From Hydrolagus colliei (lineage: Eukaryota), in the NCBI GenBank assembly GCA_035084275.1, contig CM068742.1, positions 103,602,001-103,666,000 of the forward strand: 64,000 nucleotides of DNA, given 5' to 3'. Of the stretch, positions 13,253 through 25,904 are shown piece by piece. Within the stretch, counting starts at the first letter, position 1, and every line of letters begins with the position of its first letter. A program made the position numbers and the translations under genes. Under the pieces are notes generated by a model that saw only the letters and a program-made list of their open reading frames with translations, did not search any database and was not told where the DNA came from.

Positions 13253-13690
13253 ACCATAGAAATTTACATCACAGTGAAGGCCATTTAGCCTATCATATCT
13301 GTGTCGGTTCCCTCAAGAGCAATCCTTTCTGTCCCATTTACCTATCTTTTTCCCATATCCCTGTAGTCGACTCCATTTAAGGTATTTATCTATTTCCCTC
13401 TTGAAGAGCACTGTGGATTCTGCCTCAACATCAGCCCCTGGTAGGGCATTTCATATCCTAATCACTCTGTGTATGAAAACATTCTTCATTTCCTCGTTTA
13501 CTAGTCATCTTAAATTGATGCCCTCCAGTCACTTACTTACTGATCAGTGAATAATTTCTCACTATTGCCTCTATCAAAAACTCTTCATCATTTTTAAGAT
13601 CTCTGTCAGGATACATGTCACTTCTTTGTTCCAGCAGAAAAATTCCCATTTCCTCCAGTCTCCGCTCATCAGCCAAACCACTTATCCCCA
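13253..13690 (-). mobile_element. CR1 LINE 3' fragment
   Basis: Minus-strand ERRLEEMGIFLLEQR (CR1 ORF2 C-terminus); reverse-complement tail catagaaatttac...ggccattt. Confidence 0.8.
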
Positions 13691-15164
13691 GTATCATCCT
13701 CCAAAAGGCCCAGTATAAGCGTAATACATAGCATTGAGAAACATGAACAGCATTGTGCTTTGGCGCAGTGGGAGAGTTTTCCAATATTTGCAGCTGCTCA
13801 CCATACTATCACTACTTGGCATTCAGTCAGTGCTTCCATCAATCACAGCAGGTCACCATTCCATCCTCTGATATGCAATTGAGAAAATCTCAATGCCTTC
13901 TTCCCATTCACGTCTGGGTGACATCCCTAAAACAGCTTTGCCGAAAACCACACAATGAATCCCTTTTCCGTTCCTCAGATCTACATTGACAGTACAATGT
14001 GCTTTCTGTCATTTCAGGCTATTAAAGCATGTGACTATCTCATTACAGGAAAAAAAAGTACCTATTGGCTTCCTCTTTGCTGTTGAGCTTTCGAGTATCT
14101 CTCTTCAAGCCTACTTGCAGCAGAAATAAACACAGATATGACAAGAAGTGCTAAATTCCCCAAATTGTTCAAAAATATACACATTTTGTGAAGTGCTTTG
14201 AAATGTCTGAACGACATGATAAGGCATCCTTTCAAATGCAAGGATTATTATAATGATGAAAAGTGACTGGTGTTCCATTTGTGACAATTATAATTTCACT
14301 CCTTACCCACCCCCCACGCCCCCAATCCCTTTTCCACTACCTCCCTATCCTCCCCACCTTTTCCAGTTTCAAAATATTTAAAGGTGGTGTGGCACCTGAA
14401 TGCTATTCATCATCTTTGCAAACAACAATACATCAAGTCACTTTCTACAAACCAAATTGTCTCTCTTAAGAAGCTTGCAGGCAAGGTTGGGAGAGAGATT
14501 ACTCCGAGGCGCTCCTTTTGCGAATACCTGCATAAAGTGAGTCATTTATATCACAAAAACCCCACAAAAAAGAACATCTGTCTGATTCCTCCTGCAAACA
14601 TATGTAAATCACTTGAGGAGCTAATCCTTTTAAATCCTTTAATACAAAATGTCCGGGGTGACAGATTACAAGTACCCAGTGTGACCTCTGGAAATCTCTG
14701 ACACACTACACCTCCTGCACATCAAACCATTCCCTTCACTCTACGTTTTAACAGCTCACCTCAATTGAATACATCAAGCTGACTTCATTGTAGATGCAAA
14801 GATTATTCTTTAAGCAATTACATTGAAAGGGTTGGATATTATTGAAAATAATGTATTTTAGGAACCACAAAAATGTGAATGTACAGTATATGGTGCCCGT
14901 TAAGCGCAGTAGAGCCTGGATCGCTCACATGCTTTTAACCTCTTTTACATTTTTTTAAAATGCGGAGATGACACATAATAATAGACCTAATATTTCATAT
15001 AGTATTTTCACTTTGGGAGGATATAATAATAATCTTTGCATTTGATTTAGCGCCTTATCATACCTTTGAGATGTCTCAAAGTGCTTCACAGAATATACAG
15101 TAAAGTGAATTGACTGGATATTTTTATGGGCAAAATTATATCTCGAAGCACTTCACAGCACTTC

Positions 15165-15787
15165 ACTGGGCTTTATAAATAAGGATATAGAGCACACAAG
15201 TCAAGAAATACTGACTAACCTCTAAAAATTTTTGGTTAGGCCTCAGCTGACGTACTGTCCAATTCTGGTCACCACTCTATAGAAAGGATGTTAAGGCATT
15301 GGAAAGGGTGCAAAGAAGGTTTACTAGAATGGTACCAGGATTGAGGGACTTCAGTTATGGGGAAAGGCTAGATAGGCTCTTTAGAACAGAGAAGGTTGAG
15401 AGGAGACCTAATAGAGGTTTAGAAAATCATGAGGGGATTCAACAGGATGAATAAGGAAAAACTGTTTTTACTGGTGGGCAAATCTGTGACTCGTGGTCAC
15501 AGATTTAAAATAGTTTTAAAACGAAGCAGAGGGGAGCTGAGGAGAAATGTTTTCACTCAAAGGGTTGTTAGAATCTGGAATGCACTGCCTGAAAAGGTGG
15601 TGGAGGCCGATTCGATAACAGCTTTTAAAAGAGAATTTGATCTTTACTTAGAGAAAACAGGTCTGTTAGGTTATGGGGAGAGAGCGGGGCAGTGGGATTG
15701 AATTGCTCTTTTCAAAGAGCCGGCATAGACTAGATGGGCCAAATGGCCTCCTTTTGTGCCGTAAAATTCTATGATTCTATGATTCTA
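15165..15787 (+). mobile_element. CR1 LINE 3' fragment nested in an older SINE
   Basis: Translates as ...VRPQL...QFWSP, VTRGHRFKI, RRNVFTQRVVRIWNALPEKVVEA, FKRE.D.YL; ends in (ATTCTATG)n CR1 tail. Confidence 0.92.
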
Positions 15788-16004
15788 TTTACTGCAAAAT
15801 GTACTGATTTTTTTTGTTGTGGGAAAACACAGCAGCCAGTTTTTGCAGAGCAATGTCTGTCAGACAGCTATCAAGCAAATGACCAATTTTATTTGGGGGA
15901 TTGGCAACCAAGACACAGGGAGAAACTCAAATAGAGGATTCACAACTGAATCCTGTAATGTGTATTACTTTTATTTAAGATCAATTTTTCAGGAATATAG
16001 CGAT

Positions 16005-16385
16005 CTCCCAATTGTAGTTTATTGGTTAGAACACTCGCCTTGCAAGCAAGAGACCTGGGTTTGATTCCTGGGCATGGCCAAACGTTAGACAACTTTCAAT
16101 TCTCCACATGCCTCAGTTTACCTAGCAGTTAGAAGGAACCTTGTTGTCAATTGGCAGATCGCTTTTCTGGGGAGGTAATAATCCTTAAAAAAAAAAAAAA
16201 ATTTGGTTATTCAATCCACAACTGTTTGTGGGACATGGGTGTGTGTGCAATTGGCTGCCATGTTTCTTCCACAAAGATACAGTGAAACCACTTTACAGTA
16301 TAATCTTGTGAAGCGCTTTGAGACTCCAGAAGATATGAAAAGCGCTATATCAAATGCAAGGATTATTATTATGATTATTATTATT
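16005..16385 (+). mobile_element. tRNA-derived SINE (long subfamily)
   Basis: tRNA head, gcctcagtttacctagcag...ggaacc central segment, Deu-like part, tail; second tail copy at about 16390-16470. Confidence 0.85.
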
Positions 16386-17597
16386 TATTCTATGAAGCGG
16401 TTTGAGACATCTCGAAAATGTGATAAGGTATTATATCAAATGCAAAAATTATTATTTGTAGTATTATTATCTAATGGCCTTGACACGGGGATTTCAAACT
16501 CAGTGAAAAGGAAATTAGGGCCGAATGAGGAGGATGTGACGTTCAGCAGTTTGGGTTTATTTCTTTGGGCCGGGAGGAAATAAATAGCGAGAAATGGTGA
16601 GAACTTTATTTTAGCAGATTAAATTAGTTTTAATTTCATTAACTTCCTTGAACTTAATCAATTTTGTTTTGGTTTAGTAATGCCAAAGAGAAGCATTGCG
16701 CAGTATGAAGAGGGGTTGAATAGCTTCTTCTTACCCCATGCTTTCTTGCACTCTGAAAAACAGACATTTCATTAAGCAACTCTAGGGGCAGGACACAAAA
16801 TATTACTTCCAACATCTGAAAAGCATCAGAGATATTGGATGAACAGAATGTTTTTCAAGGCTAATGGGCAGAGGCAGTTACTTGATGCGAAAATGTACAA
16901 GAAGTCAAAGTATTGTTTTGCAATAAATTGGGACTAATTTTAGCATTTGGAGCTAACGGTTACTAATGACGCCATTAAAACTATAGATTAGTGAATCCAT
17001 CGTCAAAAAAGAACACTGTATGGGTGCCTGAAGGGAACAAACACCAATTGAAATCCTTTGCTTCGAAAAGAAACACTGCATAATACATGCCTAACTAATG
17101 TAAAACACACCATGGAATTCTGAATGGTGACATGATGTATTTTTTAGTTTGTATAATTTAAGCCGCATCGAGAAAGTGCATGTTTGTCCCCCGCAGGCAT
17201 CCATTATGCAGTTTTCAAGGGTTTTTGCTTTTTTGATTAGATGCCAATTCATTGATCTCACTGAAAACGAAAGTACAGGACTGTATTCCGACCCTACATT
17301 TGCATAGGTTTTGAGAGAGACTTCCTCCAAGCAAGGACTCCAAGAAGCCAGTCCTTGCCCTGTCAATCACCCAGCACACACTGGTTGTATGCTCTTCAAG
17401 TAGTGTACACAAAGGGGACGACATCAAAGTGTAGCACCTGGTTTCTTTCGACCCCTATTGTTTTCACGAGTGAGTGTAAGATGAGCTTCTGGGGATGTTG
17501 ATTAAAGACAGCCATCCATTGGGTGAGATGTTAAACCGAGGTCCCAACGACAATAAAGATGACCGAAAGTGCAGTAGAATAGGTAGGTCTTGAGATA

Positions 17598-18040
17598 TCA
17601 ACAACTTCGATTTATATGGCGCCCTCCATGATTGGCAGCATCTCAGAACGCTTCACAATAGCGGATCCTGGGACCGAGCCAGGGGCAGGGGTAGAAAGGT
17701 GACCAAAGGCGCGGTCGAAAAGAAAAGTCTTCAGCTGGGACCTGAAGCTGAGAAAAGACGGGGCGAGGTGAAGGTAGTGAGGAAGGGAATTCCAGAGCCT
17801 CGGGGCATAGTGGCTGAAGGCACGGCCGTCGAGGGTGGAGCGGAGGATTCGGGGGACATGCAGGAGGTCAGACCCAGTTGAGCCAAGGTGCTGGTTTGAG
17901 GAGAGAGGAGGTCAGAGGTAGGGAGTTGCAGAGGAGTGGAGGGATTTGAAGATAAGGGTGAGGATCTTGAAGTCGATCCTCTCTGGGATAGGGAGCCAGT
18001 GAAGTCTGTCAAGGACTGGGGTAATGGGGGAGCGAAGTTT
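17598..18040 (-). mobile_element. L2 LINE family A, 3' fragment
   Basis: Reverse complement of about 20815-21260 ([17 protein letters not shown] off-frame peptide shared). Confidence 0.9.
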
Positions 18041-18869
18041 GGATAGACCTTGAATGAGGTGGGGGAGGGAATGATTCGGAGGTGGAAATTAATAGTTTGA
18101 GCTTACTTTATTGTTGAGTCTAAAATAAAGCCAATTAAATCACATAGAAAGTAAGGTCAGTGCATGGGTTATTTCAGTTCTTTGCTCTATGTTTATTTTC
18201 CTCCATAAAGCAAAACAAAAACAAACTAAATATAAACTAACTATAACAGTGTGTATGTGGGGGAGGGAACGGGGAGAATTCCAGTGAAGACATCCAAATC
18301 TCATCATAAACACACACGGCCAAGGGCCAGAAACTTTACCAGTGGAATATATATGGGGGACTTGTCTCACCAATTCCTGAGATGGTTCGGGTGCACTGAA
18401 ACTCAACTGTTGCATCAACAGGCAACTCAGAGATTTCCAAGCAGCCTAGTGCTTGATCCAGGAATCAATATCAAGCAAATGCTTGCTGATGCTGCATTTA
18501 AACTGCAGAGTTCCAGCGCGATTCACTTTGCCTCAGGCCCCTACTTGTGTTGCCTGTTTGGTGGCGAATCATTGCTGCATTAAGTTACATTCATAACTTG
18601 CTGTTCCTTCAATTAAATATCCAATTGCCACATTCCATATAGTTTCATAGTTATTGACCCTTGTTTGATTAAACATTAATGGTACAAGTCTGGATGCTAA
18701 TAAATGTGAAAGGGTGTGTTATAGCCTGGTGCCAATGCTGCATAACTTCATATTCTTTTTATAATGCTTTTGGAGGAGAAATGAAACCAATCGTCTATAC
18801 TTTGCCCACAAGCTGGACGGAGCTAGTTATGTTACAATTCTATCCAGAGACAGAAAATTATTTCTGAAT

Positions 18870-19143
18870 TCAGTTTCTCCGCTCCCACCCTATGGAATGC
18901 CATCCCTCAATCCCTCCGTTTCGTTTTTTCCCTTTCCTCTTTCAAGGCCGGTTTGAAGACTTTCCTCTTCGACCGTGCCTTTTGTTTCACCCCGAACTCT
19001 TCGACCTCCCCTTCGTGTTTCACCCCTTCCCAAACACTCCCCTCTCAGCTCGGGTCACACGCCTCCTGTGCAGCGCCTTGGGACGTCCTCCCGACGTGAA
19101 AGGCGCTCTATAAATGTAATTTGTTGTTATTTGTTGTTGTTGT
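18870..19143 (+). mobile_element. L2 LINE family B, 3' fragment
   Basis: Near-identical to 31490-31762; (TTG)n tail. Confidence 0.9.
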
Positions 19144-19634
19144 TTATCATGTGGGATCTGAATGGATTGAAAAGAGAAGGAAGCTTTGCCCAGTGCCCCA
19201 GCCAACAATTTCCCAGATAAAACTGGTCATTCACCTCATGGCTGGTATGTGGAATATTGCTGTGCACAAATTGGTTATAAAATACACAGTCATTCCGCTT
19301 TAAAATAAATAGTATAAAATGCTTTGAGATGTTTTGACGGCACTATGTCAAATTTTACGATAATAATTATAATCCATACATTTGATATAGTGACTTATCA
19401 CATTGTTAAAATGTCTCAAACCACTTTACAGAATAGATTGTAAAGTGAATTGCCTGTACATTTGTGGCCGTACCGCAACATCCAATTGCAACAACAACAA
19501 CAAGAAACAAAATTACATTTATAGAGCGCTTTTCACATTGGGAGGATGTCCCAAGGTGCTGAAATTGCACCAGGAGGGCCCAAAAAAGAGTCGTACATTG
19601 AGTGACCAAATTATTATTATTTTTACCCCTAGAA

Positions 19635-21271
19635 AGCAATCTGCCAACAAGCTGCTGCCTCGATCCCATCCCCACTAACCTACTGCTCACCCAACTCCCC
19701 CTCCTCTGCCCACTGCTGGCTGATATCATCAACGAGTCCCTCTCCTCCGGATCAGTCCCTGCCCCCTCAAAACTGTCGTCATCACCCCCCTCCATAAAAA
19801 ACCCTCCCTGGATCCCTTAAACCCCAGCCACTATCGCCTTATCTCAAACCTGCCCTTCCTCTCAAAAGCACTGGAATGCGTTGTTGCAAACCAACTCCAC
19901 GCTCACCTCTTCTCCCACTCCCGCTTTCAACCCCTCCAGTCCGGTTTCCGACCTGCCCACAGTACAGAGACTGCGCTTGTGAAAGTCACAAACGACGTCC
20001 TCTCTATCTGTGACCAGGGTTCCTTCTGCCTCCTTATCCTCCTGGACCTGTCGGCTGCCTTTGACACTGTCGACCACGCCATCCTCCTCCACCGCCTGTC
20101 CTCCGCCATCCACCTCAGTGAGACTGCACTCGCCTGGTTCGAGACTTACTTCACAAACCGCCAGCAGTACATCTCCACAAATGGTTTTTCCTCCCGCACT
20201 CACCCAGTTACCTGCGGGGTACCCCAGGGATCCATCCTTGGCCCCCTCCTTTTCCTCATCTATAGGCTTCCTCTTGGGGATGTGATCCGCAGACATGGGG
20301 CACACTTCCACATGTACGCGGATGACACCCAACTCTATCTCTCCACTTCACTTTGTGACCCCCAGTCCCCCAATGTTCTGTCAGCCTGCTTTTCAAACAT
20401 CAGGGACTGGATGAGCACAAATTTCTTGCAGCTGAATGTTGACGAGACGGAGGCCATACTCCTTTGCTCTCGTCAATGTCTCCATTCACACGGCTCTCAC
20501 CTACTCCACCTTCCCAGCCTGCCCCTAAAACTCTCCGAACCTGTGCGCAACCTTGGCATCAGGTTTGACCCCCAACTGTCCTTCCTCCCCTACATCCGGT
20601 CCGTTACCAGCACTGCCTTCTACCACCTCCGACGGATCGCCCATGTCCGGCAATACCTCACCTTAAAAGCCGCCGAAACCTTGGTCCACGCCTTTGTCAC
20701 CTCTTAGCTGGACTATTGCAACGCCCTCCTCGCCGGTCTCCCCTCCACCACAATCCACAAAGTCCAGTTTATCCAAAACTCTGCCGCCCACATACTCACC
20801 CGTTCTAAGCTTTGCTCCCCCATTACCCCAGTCCTTGCCAGACTTCACTGGCTCCCTATCCCAGAGAGGATCGACTTCAAGACCCTCACCCTTGTTTTCA
20901 AATCTCTCCACTCCTCTGCACCCCCCTATCTCTCTGATCTCCTCTCCCCCCAACCCAGCACCCGCTGCCTTCACTCGTCTGGGTCTGGCCTCCTCCATGT
21001 CCCCCGAATCCTCCACTCCACCCTCGGCGGCCGTGCCTTTAGCCACTATGCCCTGAGGCTCTGGAACTCCCTTCCTCACTCCCTTCGTCTCGCCCCCTCT
21101 CTTCCCAGTTTCAGGTCACAATTGAAGACCTTTCTCTTCGACCGAGCTTTTGGCCACCTTCCTGCCCCTGCCCCTGGCTCGGTCCCGGGATCTGCTATTG
21201 TGAAGTGCTCTGAGACGCCGTCCGGCGTGGAGGGCACTGTATAAATCGAAGTTGTTGTAGTTGTTGTTGTT
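19635..21271 (+). mobile_element. L2 LINE family A, 5'-truncated, RT domain largely readable but disrupted
   Basis: ORF 19979-20707: LILLDLSAAFDTVDHAILL, GVPQGSILGPLLFLIY, HMYADDTQLY, NFLQLN..TE, VRNLGI.FD, ETLVHAFVTS*; upstream frameshift and premature stop; (GTT)n tail. Confidence 0.96.
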
Positions 21272-22186
21272 GCCAATCGACTAACAATCAGATTCCTACT
21301 TAATGCTATATAAACAGTGTGCAAAGGAAACTTGCCTAAGATTTTACCCCACCCAGTAATTCTTGCAAGGTGACTAATAAACAATACTGTACACTACAGC
21401 ACTGCAGGCTCCACCATAATTATAAATATATATATGATTACTTTAACTCACAGATCAAGAGATTGCTCTGGTGCAATACTGGGCGAGTGCTGATGGTACC
21501 ATCCTTTGGTTAAGCCATTAAGGCCGAGGGGTTCCTCACTTGTTCAAATTCCCGTGACACTATATGAAAAAAGCTTCTCTGAGTATCCCAGCCAACAATC
21601 CTCCCAGTTTAGTTTGGCATTCACCTCAAAAGCTTTTTGTAGGACTTTGCTTTGCGCAAAAATGGTTACCTTCATAATAGTCACTATGCTTAACAGCAAT
21701 TACATAAAATTATTGATGATACTCTAGGGCTTTGAGATGTTTCAATGACACTTATTCAGTTGTAAACAGTAAATGTTTATTGACACATATACATATTGGA
21801 GTATAATCATTTACATGATGCTGCCATTACACTTTGCTCCCCACTCACACTGGTGAATCCCTGGGCTTTGTGGCTTGTTATAAAGTTTATGGAATGTTTC
21901 TTCACTGGTACAATTGGCCAATTCATTAAACCTAGTATTTAAGCAAGGAAATTGGATTTCTTTATTGTTTGATCACAGGAAGTTTGGGTTGTGTATAATA
22001 CTATACTTCTCTTGTGCCTGAATCCAGCAATTATGTGAGTGTTTTTTTCCTTAACATGCTTCTGACGTGCATCTAATTTATCTCAAAAGCCACCAAGTGA
22101 ACTCTTGCAGGGTTTTTGGTCAAACAATTGATCTTGACCCTATGTTTTGATATTGAAAGAACAAATGTAGAATTGTTTCTAACTTG

Positions 22187-22577
22187 TGGAGTCCTGTAGC
22201 TCAGTGGTTGGAGCACACGCCTTGCAAGTGAGAGACCTGGGTTCAATTCCAAGCAGAGCGAAACCTTGGTCAAGTTTACTTACTGCACATACCTAATAAT
22301 AATATTCCCGTGAAAATTTTTTTGTCATTTCAATCCACGACTGTTTGTGGGACACTACTGTGTGCAATTGGTTGCCTCATTTCACACAAAACAAAATTAA
22401 AACAAAAAACAAAATTACATTAGAGCGCCTTTTACGTCGGGAGGATGTCTCAAGGCGCTGGTTCACCCACAAATACACAATCAATTCACGTTACAGTATA
22501 TTCTGTGAAATGCTTTGAGACATCCTGAAGATGTGAAAAAGCACTATATCAAAGCAAGAGTTTTTATTATTATTATT
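22187..22577 (+). mobile_element. tRNA-derived SINE with an antisense L2-B tail inserted (about 22385-22460)
   Basis: gtggagtcctgtagctcagtgg head; internal aaaattacattagagcgcctttt...ggaggatgtctcaaggcgctg. Confidence 0.85.
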
Positions 22578-22699
22578 CTTAATCGTCATATCATGTTACA
22601 AACTTTGAATTAATCTGTGCTTTTCTATGTAAAATATTAGCCATTAAAGTGAGTCTGATGTGGTTATGTTAAATTAGAAGGTGACAAGATTCGTTTCAT

Positions 22700-22960
22700 T
22701 GAAGAAGACACTTCAGCTCATCCAATCTCATCCCTCCAGAATACCCATCCTCTTGTCCCACTATCAAGCATCAACCTGCCTTTTAAATGAATCCAGTGTC
22801 CTTGCCTCAACCACCTTTGCTAGTGACCTGCTACAGTTAATAATTACCCTCTGAAAAAAGAAAGTCTTCTTGGTGAAACTGTGATGAAACTGGCCTTTAC
22901 AACTCTAACCCAGAGTTCTTTTGTTCTTTAGTCTTGGTGCATTCTAAGATATTGATCCTT
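22700..22960 (-). mobile_element. CR1-like fragment, degraded
   Basis: ttttaaatgaatccagtgtccttgcctcaaccacc...ttaccctctg, reverse complement of the CR1 WN.LP..VV region. Confidence 0.55.
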
Positions 22961-23944
22961 GAGTAACATCTTACTGAACTCATACAGTGTTCACAAACTG
23001 GTAATTGGTTTTACAGTTAGAAAGGCTTAGTGTGACACAATGAAAAATCCACATCACTTACATTTCCATGACTAAGAATCGGTTCGGACGTGAGATACAG
23101 CAAATAAATTGCGACATATATATCAGTCAGACAGAAATGGCATTGCTCTGCTCCACTATTGAGGGAGGGGCTGATCCAAATCAAATGCTTCCTTACAAAA
23201 AGAGAAAGAAGTAAGACAGAATTGAGGAATCTTCCAAAATTCTGCACAATCTTCAATGTTAATACACATCTGATATCAACCAACGGTGTCTAATCTTTTT
23301 TGGGCACATTTTCCTTACTTTGTACCTTATGAAGGTCTTAAGGTTAGATCTATGAGAAATTTGGGGCCTCTGATGACAGGACTCTGAGCAGGACCTCACT
23401 GTGCCAGATTCACACAGTCTTGGCTACATGTTTTATTCCTTCTGTGGCAGGCTGAAACCCTGATCTTCAGATTCTCATGTGTGCATCAATCCTGCATTTA
23501 CACTTATATCTGAGATTCTGTACCAGTGTTTCAACAGTTGATGTTTCCTCTTGTAATATGCAACGAGATATGTTATATTGCACATACAATTCTAGATGCG
23601 TCTGTGCTGTGATGCTTTAGTAGGTCTAATTGAGTGTGTTCCCCTCTTGCCAGACCCTTATGTTTGAGGTGTCATGTGATTTTCTACAAAGGATACCCCA
23701 GTATCAATGTGGCGAAAGAGGATTGGTGGACATACTGTAATTGCTTTAGCTCCTTCTGTCCTGCATCAATGTACAAAATGCTCTCCCTGAAAGTAAACTC
23801 GTAGAATCACGTAGTAAAACAAATTGCTGAGTTTTCGGTTGAACTTGGCACCGATTAATTTACTCAATAAGGTAAGTCAAGAAGCTCTGTTGTGGGCAGT
23901 GGACATTTTCATACCGGTGCAGTAGGAATACAATTGAATGAATT

Positions 23945-24085
23945 GCCAGTTCTGACGAAGGGTCGTGGACCTGAAACGTTGACTCTCTTTCCTTTCTCCA
24001 TAGATGCTGCCTGACTGGCTGAGAGTTCCAGCGATTTCTGTTTTGGATTCAGATTTCCAGCATTTGCAGTATTTTGCATTTTGTT
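23945..24085 (+). mobile_element. Penelope-like element terminal-repeat fragment
   Basis: ctgacgaagggtc...gacctgaaacgttgactc...tagatgctgcctgactggctgagagttccagc; second copy at 34338. Confidence 0.75.
23948..23984 (+). ncRNA. Minimal type I hammerhead ribozyme motif (Penelope-associated)
   Basis: Stem I AGTT/GACT; core CTGACGA(A); stem II GGGTC-gtg-GACCT; GAAA; palindromic ACGT stem III; GUU triplet. Confidence 0.65.
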
Positions 24086-24729
24086 ACAATTTTATGAAAT
24101 TGTGCTTGTAGCACTTAGTTGGGGGAGAGATTTATTCTGCATGTGGTTGTGCTGTTTTCTGACCTGGGAGCATTTGATTCAGACATTCTGAATGCCCAAA
24201 GCCCTAAACCATGTTCCATTTTCTGGTGCTGTCAATTCTCACATTTAGGAGCACACACGTACTAAATTACTTTAAAATGTATTAACGCTTTGAATCACAG
24301 TGTATGCGAACAGAGGCATGTCACTGAGTCATGAAAAGATTGGAATTAGTTTTTTGTCATTTGTACAGAAGCAATTGACAACATTTTTCTTGTCTTAAAA
24401 GTCTAAATCCATCCATATTTCTGTGTCACAGAATAAAGAGGGGAGAATTTAGTCCAGAAATATTAGTAGCAATTAGTCCAGTGACCACAGGCATTCCAGA
24501 CTTTTTTAATGATGTCTAACTATGACGTCAGGAAGATTTGCATAGTCTCTGGACTTTAAGGTCAGGTAAATGTTTAATAGAGTGGAATGTCAGGACTGCA
24601 AATGTCTACTGGTAAACCATGAGAATTGTCCTCCGAGAATAGAAGCACATTGCAAAGGGTTTACATACAGAATAAATATGCTTCATGTGTACCCGCAACA
24701 ACATGTCATAAGATGGATCTCACAAAGTC

Positions 24730-25102
24730 TAGGCTGACACTCCAATACAATGTTAGGGGTGCAGAGTGTTATTGGAGGTGCCATTCTTCAGCAAGACTTT
24801 GAACTGAAGTCCAATTGTATTTGGAGAATTATTGGCTGGGGACCTGGGTGAAATTACCTTCTCTTTTGAATAGAGTCGGGGGATCATTAACATCTATCTG
24901 AACAGGCTGACGGGATCTTGGTTTAATGTCCCATCCAAAGGGTGGCATCTCCAACAATGCAACACATCCTGAGCACTGCATTGTAGTATCATTTTAGACT
25001 ATGTGAGTTCCAAGTTCTGATATGGGGCTTGAACCCACATCTCGTTGACTCGCAGGCAAGAGTACTACAACTAACAGCCAGGCTGTCACCAACTGAGCCA
25101 GG
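24730..25102. mobile_element. Two old Deu-SINE fragments in opposite orientation
   Basis: Plus fragment aggctgacactcc...ggaggtgcc (24730-24815) abuts a minus copy ending ...cttgaacccac...aactgagcca. Confidence 0.65.
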
Positions 25103-25864
25103 TTTTGGCCTGAGTTTGTGAAGAATATTCCTTGTAGCTAAGGTTCACGTGAAAAGACAATCACAAACCACAAGCCTGGTGCAAAAAGCAGCGGGACTGT
25201 GATTTGTTGATAAACTCCGGGAAATTGCTGTGTTGCAAATGAGCTGCAGTTTCTCTATATTTAAAAATCCTGCTAGAACCATATGAGAAATTAAATTACG
25301 TGTACAGTACTACTAACTGTTCTGGTTTCTATTTTCTTATTATCATACAGTTAATTGCACTCCAGGAAATTATATTCGACTTCCGCCTCCCCTCTTTCCT
25401 GGAGCCTAATAAACTCTATAAAACAATCCAAATTTCTACTGACTCAGCTCCCACAGCTGGATTTGCACCTGTGCAGACTGAAGAGCTCATTTTGTCCCAT
25501 TCCCTTGGCTGAAATGTAACCACAAAATTCCGCTGAACTACAAAGAGCCATACCTGCTAAGCAGTGACTGAAAAATTTGCCAAGGAAATTTGCATTGTGT
25601 TCTGGTTTCTTAAGGTCATGTAAAAGTTAATTCCTTCTGCACGGATTGAACCCTGAGGAGCCTTTATCCTTCATGCAGTGCACAGTTTTCTTTGCTGAAT
25701 ACAGATACTGTCTCAGATCTCTGTCTGATTTTTAAAGACAAAAGATTATTATTAAGCATATTTTAATGTTTCCAGTCTCACTGTTGACTTTTCCAGTCTC
25801 ACTGTTGACACTGTGGACTGTTGTACTATGGCTTGTGGTTACCCTCCAGTTCCTTGCCCCATTC

Positions 25865-25867
<3 letters not shown>

Positions 25868-25898
<31 letters not shown>
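25868..25898. repeat. (TA)n microsatellite
   Basis: About 15 TA units. Confidence 0.95.

Positions 25899-25904
<6 letters not shown>

Noticed and set aside
25769-25809. Tandem duplication tttccagtctcactgttgac x2 (and aaaatatttcaag x2 at about 3480-3512)
   Set aside because: Ordinary short tandem duplications from slippage or end joining.
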